A stretch of 64,000 nucleotides of DNA. Source: Octopus bimaculoides. Its lineage: Eukaryota. This document shows, piece by piece, positions 39,920 to 52,744 of this stretch; the stretch's first letter is position 1; each line of letters starts with the position of its first letter. The stretch lies in contig NC_069006.1 in NCBI RefSeq assembly GCF_001194135.2, positions 25,673,008 to 25,737,007 on the forward strand, given 5' to 3'. Position numbers and translations under genes: made by a program. The notes beneath the pieces are model-generated. The model made no database searches and was not told where the DNA came from. It saw only the letters and a program-made list of their open reading frames with translations.

Positions 39920-40110
39920 CATCATCATCATCATCATCGTTTAACGTCCGCTTTCCATGCTAGCATGGGTTGGACGATTTGACTGAGGACTGGTGAAACC
40001 GGATGGCAACACCAGGCTCCAGTCTGATCTGGCAGAGTTTCTACAGCTGGATGCCCTTCCTAACGCCAACCACTCAGAGAGTGTAGTGGGTGCTTTTACG
40101 TGTCACCCAC
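39920..40110 (-). mobile_element. family B element, 5'-truncated young copy
   Basis: About 4 substitutions in about 170 nt versus the copy at 12229-12465. Confidence 0.9.
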
Positions 40111-41449
40111 GTAAAAATGAGATGCGCTGTGACTGTGAAGACCCGACAAATAAAGTGAGTTCACGGCTGTATCCTATATATACTGTGATTTGCTGTCAAT
40201 AAATATTATGGGGTCAAGTGCATTGCCTTTCCCAGGGGCCTATAATGCTTGTGACACCCCAGATTTTAGCTACATTGGCAAGCACCTTATTTGTCTTGGG
40301 GATAGTACCGAGAAGTTAGCACAAATTGTGGAGATTTGCAGGAGATTTCAGTTACTATTTCTAGCATATCAAATGGTGTCCATCCCAGTGCCACATTCAG
40401 GCCTTGATTTAGTTGATTAAATCAACTCTTTTACCACCATTTCCACCATTTCCCTGCCCCACACCGTTAGGTTTGGGCTAATTTTAGAAACCATTGCAAT
40501 TATTATTTGCACAAGGTTCAATGTGCTTGTTATTGTTGTTGTTGTTATTATTATTATTATCATTCGCATTATATTATCAGATTCTAATGAAATTACCAGT
40601 GCCACCAACAGATCTTAATTACAAGCTGTAGTTAGAATGGAAAATCAAATTTAAGCATCTTGGAAAACAACTTAAAAATAGTTGTCGCTAAAAAATTATG
40701 GGAGGAACTCGGTGCTAGAATTGTGAATACATTCTAGCCACTCTTTCTCTCACTCTCACTCTCTCCCTATCTGTGTGTGTGTGTGTGTGTGTGCGTGTGT
40801 ATTGTATTATATTAGAGGAAAATTCAAAACCAAGGCAGAACAAGTGTCTCGAGTGGTTTAGAATAATTTAATTAGGATAAAGTGAATTTGAAGTCTTACA
40901 GCCGTTTCTGGGATAACCCAAGTGGTAGGTTAGCATGTCCATGCACTGGGTATTCTGTCATCAGAGACAAGGTATGAATCTAAGCAGCTTGCTTACCAAC
41001 CAGATGTCAGGTTAATTGGTAGAGTCATTTGAGTCACATACATTTCTTTGAGATATGCACTCTGTGTTCAATCCCTACCAATGCAAACTTTGCCCTTCGT
41101 TCTTCTGATACACCAAGGCTCACATTTTTTTAATTTTTGCAGAGAGTGTCATAAGCTTGGTGACTTTTGTTCCGATTCTTTCTGTATTCTTAGAAAAACC
41201 AAGAATATTCTTTCACCTGAAGCAGTGCAAAAGAAAGTGAGAAAAATGTAGTGATTGGAAAAAAAGGAATAATAATTCGTTTATTGGAATTATGTAAATT
41301 AGGATTCAATTTTGAAAATACACCATGTTTCCCCAGAGAATGAAAATAATATATATAAAAGGAAAAAAATTATTTTATGTTCCATATTTGTTTATTTATT
41401 TCTATATATATTTATTTGCTTGTTTATGCCAGAGTGTATAGTGTTTATA

Positions 41450-41487
41450 ATCATCATCATCTTCATCATCATCATCATCACCATCAC

Positions 41488-41523
<36 letters not shown>

Positions 41524-41670
41524 TGTCGTCATCATCATTGTCACCAACTGTCATTTCTTCTTCTTCTTCTTCTTCTTCTTCTTCTTCTTCTTCTTCTTCT
41601 TCTTCTTCTTCTTCTTCTTCTTCTTCTTCTTCTTCTTCTTCTTCTTCTTCAGCATCATCATCATCACTAT
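41450..41670. repeat. compound (CAT)n-(CTT)n tract
   Basis: About 30 perfect CTT units flanked by CAT units, abutting a diverged family B tail at about 41660-41740. Confidence 0.95.
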
Positions 41671-41784
41671 TTAATGTCCACTTTTTCTATTCTTAGTTGA
41701 GGCAGATTTTCTGCAGTCAGATGCCCTTTCTGTAACCAAACCTCACTCGTTCAATCAGGGTTCATCTGCAGAGGGTCTCATTGA

Positions 41785-41895
41785 AGGTGTCAAGGAAGAT
41801 TGAAGACACCTGCCAAAGGTACCACACAGTGGGATTGAAGCCAGAATCATGTGCTTGGGAAGCAAGATTCTTACCATACAGCCACTTCTGCACCT
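41785..41895 (-). mobile_element. SINE family C head
   Basis: aagacacctgccaaaggtaccacacagtgggattgaagcc...cttaccatacagccac. Confidence 0.8.
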
Positions 41896-41916
41896 GTCTA
41901 TCTATCTATCTATCTA

Positions 41917-41964
<48 letters not shown>

Positions 41965-42431
41965 CATACATACACATGTGCACACACAGACATACATGCA
42001 TACACACACACACACATATATATATATATACATATATAAATATATATATGTATATATATATATACACACACGCATACCTGTATACAGACAGATAGTTAGA
42101 CATAGTGCACATTTTCAAATGAGGATTAGGTTATAGACTCTTTGACTATTTCTGATATACTTTTATTCCTGAAGAAAACCAAAAATATTGTGTACCTTGA
42201 AGCAGTACAATATAAATTAGGGAAAGGTTGTAATTAGAAAAATAATTAATTTAGAGCAATTATGTGAATTTTTAGCAATAAAGAACAACACAACCATGCC
42301 AGAAAATAAAAATTGAATGGAAACAATATTTGGAGACATTCAATAAGAGATTAACCATTGTTAAACAGGAATTAGCCCTATAACTGAGAAATTAAACATC
42401 ATCATCCTCATCATCCTCATCGTCCTCATCG

Positions 42432-42462
<31 letters not shown>

Positions 42463-42767
42463 CATCATCGTCATCATGTATCGTTCCTGCAGTGCATTGA
42501 TGACACTATAAGTCTTCCCAATTAAGCACCAATTCTCCAGCTTATAGTTGTACTTAATGTGAAGAGAGTGTAAGCCCCCTAGAGATTGCTACAATCATAT
42601 GCTACACACGTTCCTTCCAAGCACTGCTGTAAACAACAGAAGTGAACGTTAAAACTTAGTGCACACGCACAGCAGAGATCAAGGTCAAATTATGCCGAAT
42701 CGTTTCATTCTTTGTGCTTTAACTTCATTACTATGGTAACTGTCTGGATACTTATTGATCAGATCTA

Positions 42768-42805
<38 letters not shown>

Positions 42806-43824
42806 CTTTGTGTGTAAATGTATATGTACATATGTATGCACATATATATGTGATACATACACACACATATACATACACATATATATGCATGTATATACAA
42901 ACACCATATATATATATATATACACTCATGCAAACATATACGTGTTTATGTGTGTATGTGTGCATGTATGTATTTATATGCACACACATATATGATATAT
43001 ATATATAGCTGTGTCTCTGTAAATAGCTGTGTCTTTCAGCTTTTGTATTTATGGAAGTCCTTTAATTCAGTTCACATCAACAGCCTTGCGGCCTTAAATA
43101 AACTATTTCAGTGACTAAACCATATTTTCTTTGGCAGCAGAAAAGATTCTCTCTGTTATTATTTTGATTAAATTCTCAAGAAAGTCTAAAAATGCCATTG
43201 TTTATTGTTTTGGTAATCCTGAGGAACTAAATGGAACGAACAGTCACCATTATTTTCTCTCTGCTTCCCCAGAAGTTCGTCGACAGGATAATGTCTGCTG
43301 ACCAGTATTTACACATTTTCTGCTCGGTATTAAAACGCTCAGTTAATGGTGACCAAAATAACACCATGTTACCCATATACCTTTCAAACTGTTTTCCCCA
43401 AAACTTGTAATTGAAACAAGAACTTGAAATAGTTTTCTTGAAAATTTTAATCTGAAAATAAAGTGAAAATGCTGCAGGGTGTATTTATCTGGAGGAAATA
43501 CTGGCTGCTGGTCTTGTTGTAAATAAGCAAAACTTGAACCATTTTCTACAGTTTCTCTGTTGTGCTGAGGTCATGAAACTACAATGCAAAAATGTGTGTT
43601 GCTATATCTGTGTGGTTAAAAAGCTCGTTTAGTAATCCGTAGGTCTTTGATTCAATCCCACAGAGTGGCACCATGGGCAAGTGTCTTTTACAATAAGATT
43701 GATTTGACTTATAAATGGTGAGAACAATTCAGCAGATGAAAATTGTGTGATAGTCCATCATATGTATTATATACATATATGTTGAAGTGGAAATGGTACA
43801 CCCCTCCCACGGGACAAGTGGTAT

Positions 43825-44205
43825 GACAAGTGGTAAGTAGCTTGCTTCTCAATCACATGGTTCCAGGTTCAGTCCTACTGTGTGGCACTTTTGGCAAGTG
43901 TCTTCTACTATAGCCTTGGTCCAACCAAAGCCTTGTGAGTGGATTTGGTAGATGGAAACTAAAAGAAGCCTGTCATATATATATATATGTGTGTGTGTTT
44001 GTGTGTCTGTATTTGTTCCCTCAGCATCGCTTGACAACCAATGTTGGTGTACTTATATCCCTGTAACTTAGCGGTTTGGCAAAAGAGACCGATAAAATAA
44101 GTACTAGGCTTACAAAGAATAAGTCCTGGGGTCGATTTGTTCAACTAAAGGCAGTGCTCCAGCATGGCCACAGTCAAATGAATGAAACAAGTAAATGAGT
44201 AAACA
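43825..44205 (+). mobile_element. SINE family C, full length
   Basis: gtggtaagtagcttgc...gtgctccagcatggccacagtcaaatgaatgaaacaagtaaa. A second diverged head lies at about 43600-43700. Confidence 0.92.
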
Positions 44206-44219
44206 TATTTTATATACAT

Positions 44220-44253
<34 letters not shown>

Positions 44254-44879
44254 GTATATATGCCTGTATATAGTTAGATAAGCACAATTGGTATAGACGG
44301 GCCTGAGAGTAAAATGGGTTTATATGAATGTCCTCATTGTCTCTGTTTTGAGTCGAATGAAGATAATGGTCCTGGAATCTATGTGGCGGAAGATGGCAAC
44401 AATTCTCTCCAAAGATCAACAATAGTTGAAGAGTCTTTGTGAAGTTACAGAAACGATATCAATGGAATTCAAGCTTGGTATTGTCAGACTGTTCCATTGT
44501 TGGCATCAACTGGCTTCCCCTGTCGTGATAGAGTAAAGACCAAAGCCAATGCCATAACGTTGTAATTTACCATTTCTCTGCTGTCCTGGGTTGGTTGGTC
44601 GACGGAGGAAATTTTCTCAACAGTGTCATTAAGCTTGTGTGTGGTTGCATTCGTATAATTAGGTGTGTGCGAATGTATGCATGCGTGAGTGCGGATGTGG
44701 ATATATGTGTATGTATGAGTGCTTGTATGCATGTATGTAGGTGTATTTGTATAAGTGTTTGCATGTATTTATATATATATATGGGAGATTATACAAAAAA
44801 TAACAACAGAAATGTGTACATATAGTTATAAATACATAGATATGTATGTATATATTGATGCATATGTGTATGTATGTAA

Positions 44880-44926
<47 letters not shown>

Positions 44927-46710
44927 AATAACAGCCTGATAAAATGCATGCTCACACACACACATACGCACACACTCACACAGAGTTCAATTCCCTTTCA
45001 ATCGGGACTCTTTATTTGTGGATAACAAAAGTAAACAGTTTCATTTGAAAAGCGAAAAAAAAAAAAAACCCTTCTTTGGTTGTTGTCCTTACAAAAAAGC
45101 AGAATGAATATTTTCTGTCTAAAGCGTCCTCTCTTTCTGTGTTTTGTTTTCTTTCAATGGTGATGCAACACACCACTCGGTGCTGAATACCATGACAAAA
45201 CCTTGCTTCATATCTACTTGTAGCTTTTAAGCTTTCTTTTGCCAGAATGCCACAGGTGAGAATCACAAAGCTATTATTTCTCATAGATTCGCTTTTGAAC
45301 TGTTTGGTCGGACGTTTCTTTCTTTTATTTTCTAAATAGATATTTATGCTTTCTCTCAAGTTATTTTTAATGCTAGTACATACCATACTTATATCTTTAT
45401 GTGTATATACTTATGGGTGTGTATGTGTATCGTTGTGAAAGAGGATTGTTCTTGTTAATGGCCTCAGCAGATAATGTTAATAATGCCACAAATTAGAGAA
45501 TTGTTTCCAATTTTCACCATCGTATTAAAGAATATTTTCGTCTTTGTAGTCATATAATGACTGCCATTCCTTCATTGTGTGGTGGCCATTGTTAATGCAG
45601 ACAGGACACTAAAAATCCAAAGTCAATTTTTGATGAAATATAAGTTCCTTATTATTATAATTGGATAATGACGATGATAGAATGGAATTTTGAAAAGTAA
45701 ATTGCTTTGTTTCATTTATTTATTTATTTTGAAGCCTATTTGAAACTGAATTGCTGGAGAGCCAAGCAAACACCATGGCTAAGCCACTGTTGTTTCACGT
45801 GATCTGCCAATTAACAGATCAATCTGCATCAAGCCATCTTGTGATTTGACTTTCTAGAACTTACTCATTGAGCCCTATAAAAAGGTGTTTTCTGGTAGTA
45901 ATCCCAGGATGTGTGTCAGCTGGTCCCAGAATGTTGAGGTAACCACCTGACAGCTCCTGTCTCATGGCAGTTTACAAAACACAGATTTCATTGTCATGAA
46001 TATAGTATGATTATTTTCCAATCGTGATGGACCAGCCACAGATATGTACCAATTACATTGTCATAGATCCCAGAAGTAAGTCTCTCTCGTTATTTTTCAT
46101 CCAAAAACCAACACAGAAAATATTATGTGCAGTAAATAAAGCTTCTGTTAACTGTTTGTGAGTGTTCTTGTTTGTTTTCTTTTTGTTACACACAGCCCTA
46201 GAAAGATATTTTCATTCTCCACTAACATGAAATTCACAAACAACAGCACACAACAGTTTATTTATTATGAAAGTTCGCCTCTGTCCTGTTTTGGGAAAGA
46301 AGATTAAAATTCTAAGACTCATTGTCTGACAAAACCCTAGATATTTGCCCCAAAGGTGCCAATCCCTGTCATTCAAGGATTCATTTACATAACGACTTAA
46401 GGGCTTGCTGCTCTCCTTTGTGATCTTTGATTATGAAGAACTGCAATCAGTCTCAACAACATTGATGGCATCGAATAAAATATTGAAAGGTGAAAATTAA
46501 TTATCTTGATTGTTAACGATGTAATTATGAATTATTGTACTTGTCTATACATGAAAATAAAATGTTGTTATTTTAGTTTTAAAAAATTCATACAAAACTC
46601 ATCCAATGCCGTCAAAGAGTCTTGAAATATCTCGATCTTCAGGCAATAACCTTCCAAGACAATTTTCCTATATTGTGTTCCACAAATAACTTTCAGTCAT
46701 ATTCCTGTAC

Positions 46711-46790
46711 CAGTGGTTCTCAACCATTTTTTTTTACCAATGGACCCCTTTAGTTACCATTTCATTCTGGTGGACACCGTTTGATGTAAT
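46711..46790 (+). mobile_element. hAT-like non-autonomous element end
   Basis: cagtggttctcaacc...atggacccc, shared with 56567; CAGTGGTTCTCAA is a typical hAT (Charlie-type) terminus. Confidence 0.6.
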
Positions 46791-47274
46791 AAATAAGTTT
46801 TTTTAATGGATCATTAAAATATTACTGTGGATTTCAGGATTCTAGCTTTCCATACAACCCTCCATTATGGAAAGCCAGAAGCTCCATTATCTGCTTTGGC
46901 ATAGTTTCTATAGGCTGGGTGTCCTTAATGCCAGTCACTTTACAGAATGTACAAGGTGCTTACTTACTGGGGTAGTCTCCTACCTGGCCGGCTCCAGTCA
47001 ACCATCCCATGTGACTTTGTAATGTGCCTTGTATCACCAAGCAGTCTCCAGGCTCTGAGCACATGGTCTGTTCTATTTTGAAAGATTGCTTGGAGATACA
47101 AGGCATATTATAAAAACCTGCATAGCCACATGTCTTCACGGCAAGAAACTCATAGTAGCTTTTGTCTTAATACAATGTACATTAAATGAACGTATATGTA
47201 TTTAATGTATATGTGTGTAGAATGGGTGGGAGTGTGTGGTGTATGGGAGAGTGCATTTATATGCATTTGTGTGT

Positions 47275-47330
<56 letters not shown>

Positions 47331-48143
47331 NNNNNNNNNNNNNNNNNNNNNNNNNNNNNNNNNNNNNNNNNNNNNNNNNNNNNNNNNNNNNNNNNNNNNN
47401 NNNNNNNNNNNNNNNNNNNNNNNNNNNNNNNNNNNNNNNNNNNNNNNNNNNNNNNNNNNNNNNNNNNNNNNNNNNNNNNNNNNNNNNNNNNNNNNNNNNN
47501 NNNNNNNNNNNNNNNNNNNNNNNNNNNNNNNNNNNNNNNNNNNNNNNNNNNNNNNNNNNNNNNNNNNNNNNNNNNNNNNNNNNNNNNNNNNNNNNNNNNN
47601 NNNNNNNNNNNNNNNNNNNNNNNNNNNNNNNNNNNNNNNNNNNNCATTCTTTGATTTTCTTTTTCTCATTGCATTAATTATGAAACTGTTTTGTCAACTT
47701 TCTACGTCTCCCCCCCCTCCCCCCAACTCCACCTCTACATCACTTCTCTCATATACACTTGTGTAAAACAAAGCAGTGTACATGATAAATGGATAACACA
47801 CACACACACACACACACACACAAATATACACATAGAAATACATATATATTTTTTAAACATACATAGACATGTATATATATATATATATATATATATAAAA
47901 GTACTCACATAAATATATATTGACACATTATTACAACTCACATATATATATATACATACATATGCATGCACACACACACACACACACACAGAGTTATAAT
48001 GATGAAGTCAAACAAAATAGTAATATTTTGAAATCCTATAATGCATGCATTTGAGGTCTGTGTAATGTATAATAAGAAATGCACCCATTATGTAAGACCT
48101 TCCTCAGTTAAAACATATATATATATAAATTTCATTCCATAAT

Positions 48144-48234
48144 GGCTACCTCTGATGAGTACAGGGTTACATAATCAGACTGTTATCTAACGCTTCATTG
48201 AACCCGTAGTGTGAAACTGATTGGTAAGGTCAGC
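48144..48234 (+). ncRNA. type I hammerhead ribozyme-like motif with long stem II
   Basis: ACCT-CTGATGA-GTAC A GGGTT ... AACCC GTA GTGT-GAAA-CT gatt GG-TA-AGGT: intact core, stems I, II and III can all form, GTA cleavage triplet ending at 48226. Confidence 0.65.
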
Positions 48235-48331
48235 TGTAATGGATATGTAATACTGTACACTTCAGTTTATATATATATATATATATAGCATAGTAAAAAC
48301 CAACAGACATAATTCAAAAGAAATTATTTTG

Positions 48332-48337
48332 TTTATT
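48332..48337 (-). terminator. candidate polyadenylation signal AATAAA for VWA3B
   Basis: AATAAA about 107 nt after the stop; ATTAAA also at 48436-48431 and 48377-48372. AT-rich context weakens specificity. Confidence 0.45.
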
Positions 48338-48443
48338 GAAATCATATTTCATGTTAGCTCATAAAATTTTTTTTAATTAAAAATTTTTTTTCATTAAATT
48401 ACATTTTCAAATTTAAAATATTTCCAAACTTTTAATGTTGCTG

Positions 48444-48642
48444 TTATTTTGCTTCCGAAGAATTCTCTGCGAGTTGATGACTTCGAAGACTTTTAGCAAG
48501 GTTAAGATATTTAAAACCTTGTTCAATTTCTCTTTCAAGAAGGATAATGTCGTCTTTAGCCAAGGGCCAACCTGCTTCATGCAAGGCATGAAGTAAACGG
48601 GGCTTGTTGCTTAGATACGAGACTGGAGAATCACTTTGAAAC
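48444..48642 (-). CDS. VWA3B: VWA3B apparent terminal exon ([13 protein letters not shown]...[42 protein letters not shown])
   Basis: tttctccag|G acceptor, 199 nt to TAA at 48446-48444; matches human PIQYLENK...LNWPISLKELSMLESEILAGKMYIQQ. Confidence 0.85.
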
Positions 48643-49499
48643 CTGGAGAAATAATATTAAAAAAAAAAAAGGTTCAATAAGTATTTTGGGAAACTAAAAA
48701 TAAAATGGTAAAATTTTGGTGGTAAGATTATTTTGGAAAACATGATTATAATTCTTGGTTAGGCGTGAGACCAAAATCCAAAATTGGGTTGTAACAGTCA
48801 TTTGTAAACCCTTCCACCCCACTCCTGCAACCCATCACTGCTCTGGACCCTTTCTTTCCTGTTCTCCCCCTGCCAACTGTATCATTACTATCCTATCATG
48901 ACCCCTATGTACCTATGTTTCACCACTTACTGCATTCCCCACTTTCTCTCCTCTCTCCCCCTTTGTACTTTTCTGAACTCCGTACTCTTGTACTCTGGGC
49001 AATCTTCTACCATTTCTTTTATATCCATCTCCTTGTGCCCTGAGAGTATGCCCTGGCACATTGCCACCACTTCTCTCTCTCTCTCTCTCCTAGCCTCCGA
49101 CTAGGGTAGCCATGTATATTCTCTACAGTAGGACACCTGTTCCTGTCCCAATGTTATATTTTAACTTCTCATCACTTGGCACAAAGCCACCTCCACCAGT
49201 ACCACTCCCCTCTCTCAGTTGAGGGATAACTTGTCTTGTAAGTTACTTGGTGACTTTGCCAGCACTGGTACCATGTAAAAAGCACCCACTCCACTCTGTA
49301 AAGGGGTTGGCATGGAGAAGGGCATCCAACCGTAGAAACCATGCTGAAACAGACAGTGAAACTTGGTGCATTCCTCTATCTTGCCAACTCATGTCAAACC
49401 GTCCAACACATGCCAGCATGGAAAACAGACATTATACAATGATGACGATGATAATGATTCATTACACACACCCACACACACATATAATATATATATGTA

Positions 49500-49555
<56 letters not shown>

Positions 49556-49603
49556 TGTATGTATGTATGTATGTATGTATGTATGTATGTATGTATGTAT
49601 GTA

Positions 49604-49645
<42 letters not shown>

Positions 49646-49863
49646 TATATAGTTGAAATTAAAAAAAAAAATAAAAGATGAAGACAGGTGTATGAACAAC
49701 AAACAAATGTATTAGTTTGAAGCTTGGGAAAATTAAAAAGTCTTACGTTTTGAGCCTACGTAATGTATGTATGTATGTATGTATGTATGTGTGTATGTAT
49801 GTATGTATGTATGTATGTATGTATGTATGTGTGTGTGTATGTATGTATGTATGTATGTATGTA

Positions 49864-49896
<33 letters not shown>

Positions 49897-52700
49897 ATGT
49901 GTGTATGTGCGTATGTGTGTATGTATGTATGTATGTATGTGTGTGTGTATGTATGTATGTGTGTATGTATGTATCTATGTATGTGTGTGTGTGTATACTT
50001 ACATACATACATATATATATATATATATAAAATGGCGGCATAAGGAGGCTACGGAGGGGGTCATTTGACTCTGGAGCTATCCTCTTTAAAACGTGCTGAA
50101 AACCAGTGTTGAAACAAAAAAATTGATCCCTCTGCGTAAAATATACATGAAAGGTGTCCAGGACATGGAGATATTCCTTGAAATGGCTTTGTACTCGTTC
50201 GTTTCTCCTTCAATCAATTATATTGCTAAAGTGAAACTCAAACAGATGTCCGCAGTCTTGAACAACAATCGTCAAAATTGTCTTCTGTTAAGCGAGATTG
50301 AAGTTTGTTTTCGTTTTCTCCGACAGAAATATTAAGGTAAGACGAATTAATTTTAACTTTCACAAATATCTTATCCAAAATTTTTCTAAAGTTGATTATT
50401 CTAAGTCTTTTTATTCCAATTCTCAATCATTTTTCGGGACAAAAAAAGAAGTTTAAATACACCCCCTCCTCCCCGAGTTAAAATTTTTGGACTTTTTCGA
50501 AATTTTTTTCTCCAAAGACAGATTCCGAATATTCAAGAAACCCACGTTTTCAAAATTTTAAATTCAGTAAGCATATAGATATGTGTATAAAGAGATAAAT
50601 AGATGTGAATGTCTTACTGGGGTTAAAAACGTCAGTAAAACCCGCCTTCTTCTTTTGGACCGCCACATTTAGTTGACAAATATATTTTATTAAATAAACG
50701 GACAGGACTAAATGAGACAGACAAATAAATGGATGAAAAAGTTTCAGAATTTAAAATTGGAGAAGGGGGTGAAATTTGAGCCCCTATTAAACTTTATAAC
50801 ATTAATTATTAAGTATTAATGTTTGTTTCTCATCAAATGGTTCTTATGGGGTTGTGGTGTATATTTAATTTACATTCAATTATTATTTACGATTATTTAA
50901 GGCAAACACAAGTAAAACGTAAATTCTTTTCACTTTAATGTTTTTGTCTGTATTTAATTTCGATTTGCATGTTTTCCTCAATTCGCTTCGATCTCTTTTA
51001 AAGTAAACAAAATCAAAAACTTAAATGGGGGGGGGGGGGGTGAAATTAAAAAAAAGTTTTCTTCTTTGCATTTACGTAATCTCCGACATCCAAAAAATGC
51101 ATTTTTCAAGGAGAGGTGCGAAACTGCATTAGTCTTTCTTGCTTGCATAACCTACACGTTCCTTGCTAATATTTACCATTTATTACTTCCATTCCTTTTG
51201 GCACTGAGCGATGTCATTCCTTTTCTCCTTTCTTTCTTCCACTCTCTCTTCTTAAACTTTCCTAGTGTTAAACAAATATTTTTTCTTTCCCTAAACCTTG
51301 TCTCTTTTCTCTTTCTGAACGTTTCTAGTTATATATTTAGATTCTGGAACCTAATTAAAGCTCACCATTTAGAGTCGTCTTAGCGCTTAGCGATACCATT
51401 CGCGACCATTTCCTCTCTTTCTTCTACTTTGTTATAAACCTCCTTATTTCTTCCCTTCGGACTTAAAAATAACTATTTTGTTTGGACCCCCATAAAGTCC
51501 ATTACCTCTTTTTTGATCGAACGTCCTTAAAACTCATACCTCAATTCCTTTTTTTTTTTTTAGCAATTAGCGATACCACTCTGCTTCTCTTCTTAAACTT
51601 TCCTAGAGTTAAAGATTTCTCGATTCTCTCCTTAAACTTTCTCTATCTCTGGACGTTCCTAAAGTTATGTATTTCGCTTTACTCTATACATATGTCTGTA
51701 TACACCATCTACACTCTTTCTTTCGTTTTCTCTCCTTACACTTTCTCCTTCTGGACCCATTTCCACCTTTCTCTCTCTCTCTGAACTTCCGTAAAGTTGC
51801 ACATTATTTAGATTTTCTTACATTCTCTCCTTAGACATTCTTTCTCTCTCCCGTTCTCCCTGGGAGATTTTTGGCCCCTACGTAAAGTACACTATTTTAG
51901 GATCATCTACGATACCTTTTTCTCTCTCTTTCTCCCACCCCATTATAGATCACCTTATTTCTCTCCTACACATAATGACACCACTTGTTTCAGACTCCTT
52001 ATCTCATATTCCATCTCTCATTGAACTTTTCTTTCTCTGTCTCCTCGACACAAACTTCCATATCACTCTCGCATACTCCCTATTACTCTCTCTCTCTGAA
52101 CATTTCCTCTCTCTCTCTCTGAACATTTCCTCTCTCTCTCTCTCTCTCTCTCTTCTTTATTCAATAAAAATCAAAGGTAGAACAGAAACAAAAAAATAAC
52201 ATGTATATGTATATATATATATGCATACACACACACACACGTGTGTGTGTGTGTGTGTGTGTGTGTAATGTTCTTATGGCAGAAAATTGTCTTCAAGAGA
52301 GAAAAAAAGACCTAACAGTAAGTTCTGTGAATGATAAAAGTAATTAAATAAATAGATATAGATGTAGTTTCATATTGAGATTGCTGCTTCTGTGTCTTTA
52401 CATTCTCTGAAGCTAAATCCACATGACCATTCCAACAGACAGACTAACCGTACAACCGTCATCATATTTATAAATATTTGGTGTATATCTCTAGAATTCC
52501 AATACCTTCTGGTCTCCAGTCTTTGATATGCACCGAATTTTGTCCAGCAGTTACTGAGATGTCTTACCTGTAATGAGTTGGATGATTACAGGTAAGTTAA
52601 GCATCAAAGATCATTCCAGTATGTTATGCCAACAGACAGAAAAGTTTCAAAACTTTTCTTGAGTTCACACACACACATTTGTAGATGTATGTTTGTCAAG

Positions 52701-52744
<44 letters not shown>

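Noticed and set aside
45012-45386. 124-aa minus-strand ORF as a VWA3B continuation
   Set aside because: No similarity to the DUF4537 region and no suitable acceptor.
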